Positions 62,351-64,000 of a stretch of DNA of 64,000 nt are shown here, piece after piece. The notes under the pieces were generated by a model. That model saw only the letters and a list, made by a program, of their open reading frames with translations, did no database searches and was not told the DNA's origin. The first letter of the stretch is position 1. Every line of letters starts with the position of its first letter. The stretch is from Tubulanus polymorphus (Eukaryota; Animalia; Nemertea), in contig NC_134028.1 in NCBI RefSeq assembly GCF_964204645.1, forward strand, positions 21,448,345 through 21,512,344. Reading direction: 5' to 3'. Both the position numbers and the translations under genes were made by a program.

Positions 62351-62628
62351 GGGACCACCCGTTATGTGCGTACGCAAAAGACTGCCGATTTCCGAGCCCC
62401 CTCCCTCCCTTGTACGCAGCTGTTCTTTTCACTGAACTGTTTAAATTATAAAGAATGTGATGGAGATCATAAAATCCTAAAATCTCACTTCATTTTTAAC
62501 TTGTACGCAGAATGAACAGGTGCATACTGTACGCAGAGCCGTGTACCCCCTCCATCCCGACGAGGTTGTACGCATTTTCACAGCCCCCCTTCCCCTCTAT
62601 CGTGCGTACGTACTAAGTGGATGGTCCC
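62351..62628. mobile_element. Harbinger-like MITE
   Basis: GGGACCACCC..TGCGTACGC.../...GCGTACGTACTAAGTGGATGGTCCC imperfect TIRs with internal TGTACGCA repeats. Confidence 0.55.
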
Positions 62629-64000
62629 TTAAGTCGTCGTAGGATCATTAATGTTGACAACGAATTCAAATGACAACTTGCGCTGTACGCAAATAGTGCT
62701 TCAAAAATAGCGATGTTTTAACTAATGCGACGAATTCTCAGACGACGACTTCCGACTGAGTTTTGACTGATTCTGAATATTTAACGGTAGGAATTTGCCA
62801 GCTATGATTATTATCGAGTGTAATTTAATCGAACTAGACCAGGTTCAACAGTTAATGGTTGAAATTAGTTCATTTTCCAGTATTTAACTCTAATAGAGTC
62901 TGAACTGCAGAACTGGATGTACGTTCTAAATTTTACTCTGTATCTAAAACGGGGGACACGCTGGGCGATTAAGTCGCACAGCAAAATCGCCGGTAAAATC
63001 GCCTAGTATGTCAGGAGCGGCGATTGAAGATCGCAATTGGTGATTCAGTCGGCCAACAGAGTCGCCGTTGGATTCGGGCTGTGTTGGGCTACACCGATCA
63101 AGCGCCATATTAATCGGCCAGTGACTGTTCTCCTACGGTTTATGTGATTGCGAAATGGCGGCTAGATTTGTTAAAAGGGTGGCGCTAGCATCTGGTTATT
63201 TCACAACAGTGGTGCACTCAGTCACCCGATAGCGTCACCTAGTGTGTCGGCTACTCTCAGCAATCAAATCAATCGCCAGTGATTTGAGTCAGCCAACTGA
63301 ATCGTCCGGTGTGTGTGAGGTTTAACTACAGTACAGACTACAGTATAGACCATCACCATAACTTTCTAATTTGAAATAGGTTTGAATTTTGTAAGTGTCG
63401 ATAGAATTCAATCATATTCCCAATTCTTCGCAAACGTTGCGTATTGTGGTCACTTACGTTGTACCCAGTACCTTTTTGAGAAAACTAGATTCTCTTCGCA
63501 CTAGGTTCTCTTAAAAAGCTTATGAAACCAACTGTAATAAGGGTCTATTTATTGACAGTTCTCTATACTCTAGTGTACGACATGTTTTGGAAATTCAGAA
63601 TTGACTTAGTCCATTATTCAAGCTATGCATGATGAAGACACGCACAATCTACGATATATGGTAGATAAAGCTCAGCTCAGACCTCGACTATTTATTCTAT
63701 TCAATTTTCAACATGAAATTTTCGCTTTTTCCTCCGCTTAAAGTTGTATCTGAATTTTCTATATACTTCGCTACAGTGAAGTTGATGTATATCTATATAT
63801 ACATATATATATAAAAATATAAAACAATGCGTGTATTATAGATAAAGATGATCTCTTGTATATCCGGCCCTTGTTCATTATATCCATTTTGGATCATTCA
63901 TATTATATGCACTATTATTTCGGGCATTGTAAGTTTTTGTCCCGAGAAAGTTGTATTTCGACAACGGTAGACTTTGCTTCGTAATTTATCCCAAATCGGT

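Overview
AT-rich, intron-containing animal genomic DNA, most likely a marine invertebrate/lophotrochozoan (inferred from gene and repeat content). I built the exon models by hand from GT-AG sites and checked that exon phases join in frame. Genes: (i) a tandem cluster of three single-exon FMRFamide-receptor-like class A GPCRs (one frameshifted pseudogene, one C-terminally shortened, one intact); (ii) a 9-exon minus-strand Ig/FN3 type I membrane protein; (iii) a lysyl oxidase-like gene (2 SRCR + LOX domain) with an uninterrupted CDS; (iv) an 8-exon minus-strand multi-pass membrane protein resembling DUF7802/CruF, with a KxKxx ER-retrieval tail; (v) a Spitz/TGF-alpha-like EGF ligand precursor with two candidate terminal exons. 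The rest is dense with repeats: TACGG...CCGTA elements with 6-bp TSDs (IS3EU-like), a Mutator-like element carrying a nested Harbinger-like MITE, a Helentron/HINE, piggyBac- and hAT-like MITEs, a tRNA-derived SINE, LINE fragments, Penelope-type hammerhead ribozyme remnants and several minisatellites. One minisatellite is built from CTCF-like motifs and another from a splice donor. No prokaryotic systems or CRISPR arrays are present. Family assignments come from motif recognition only; no database search was run.
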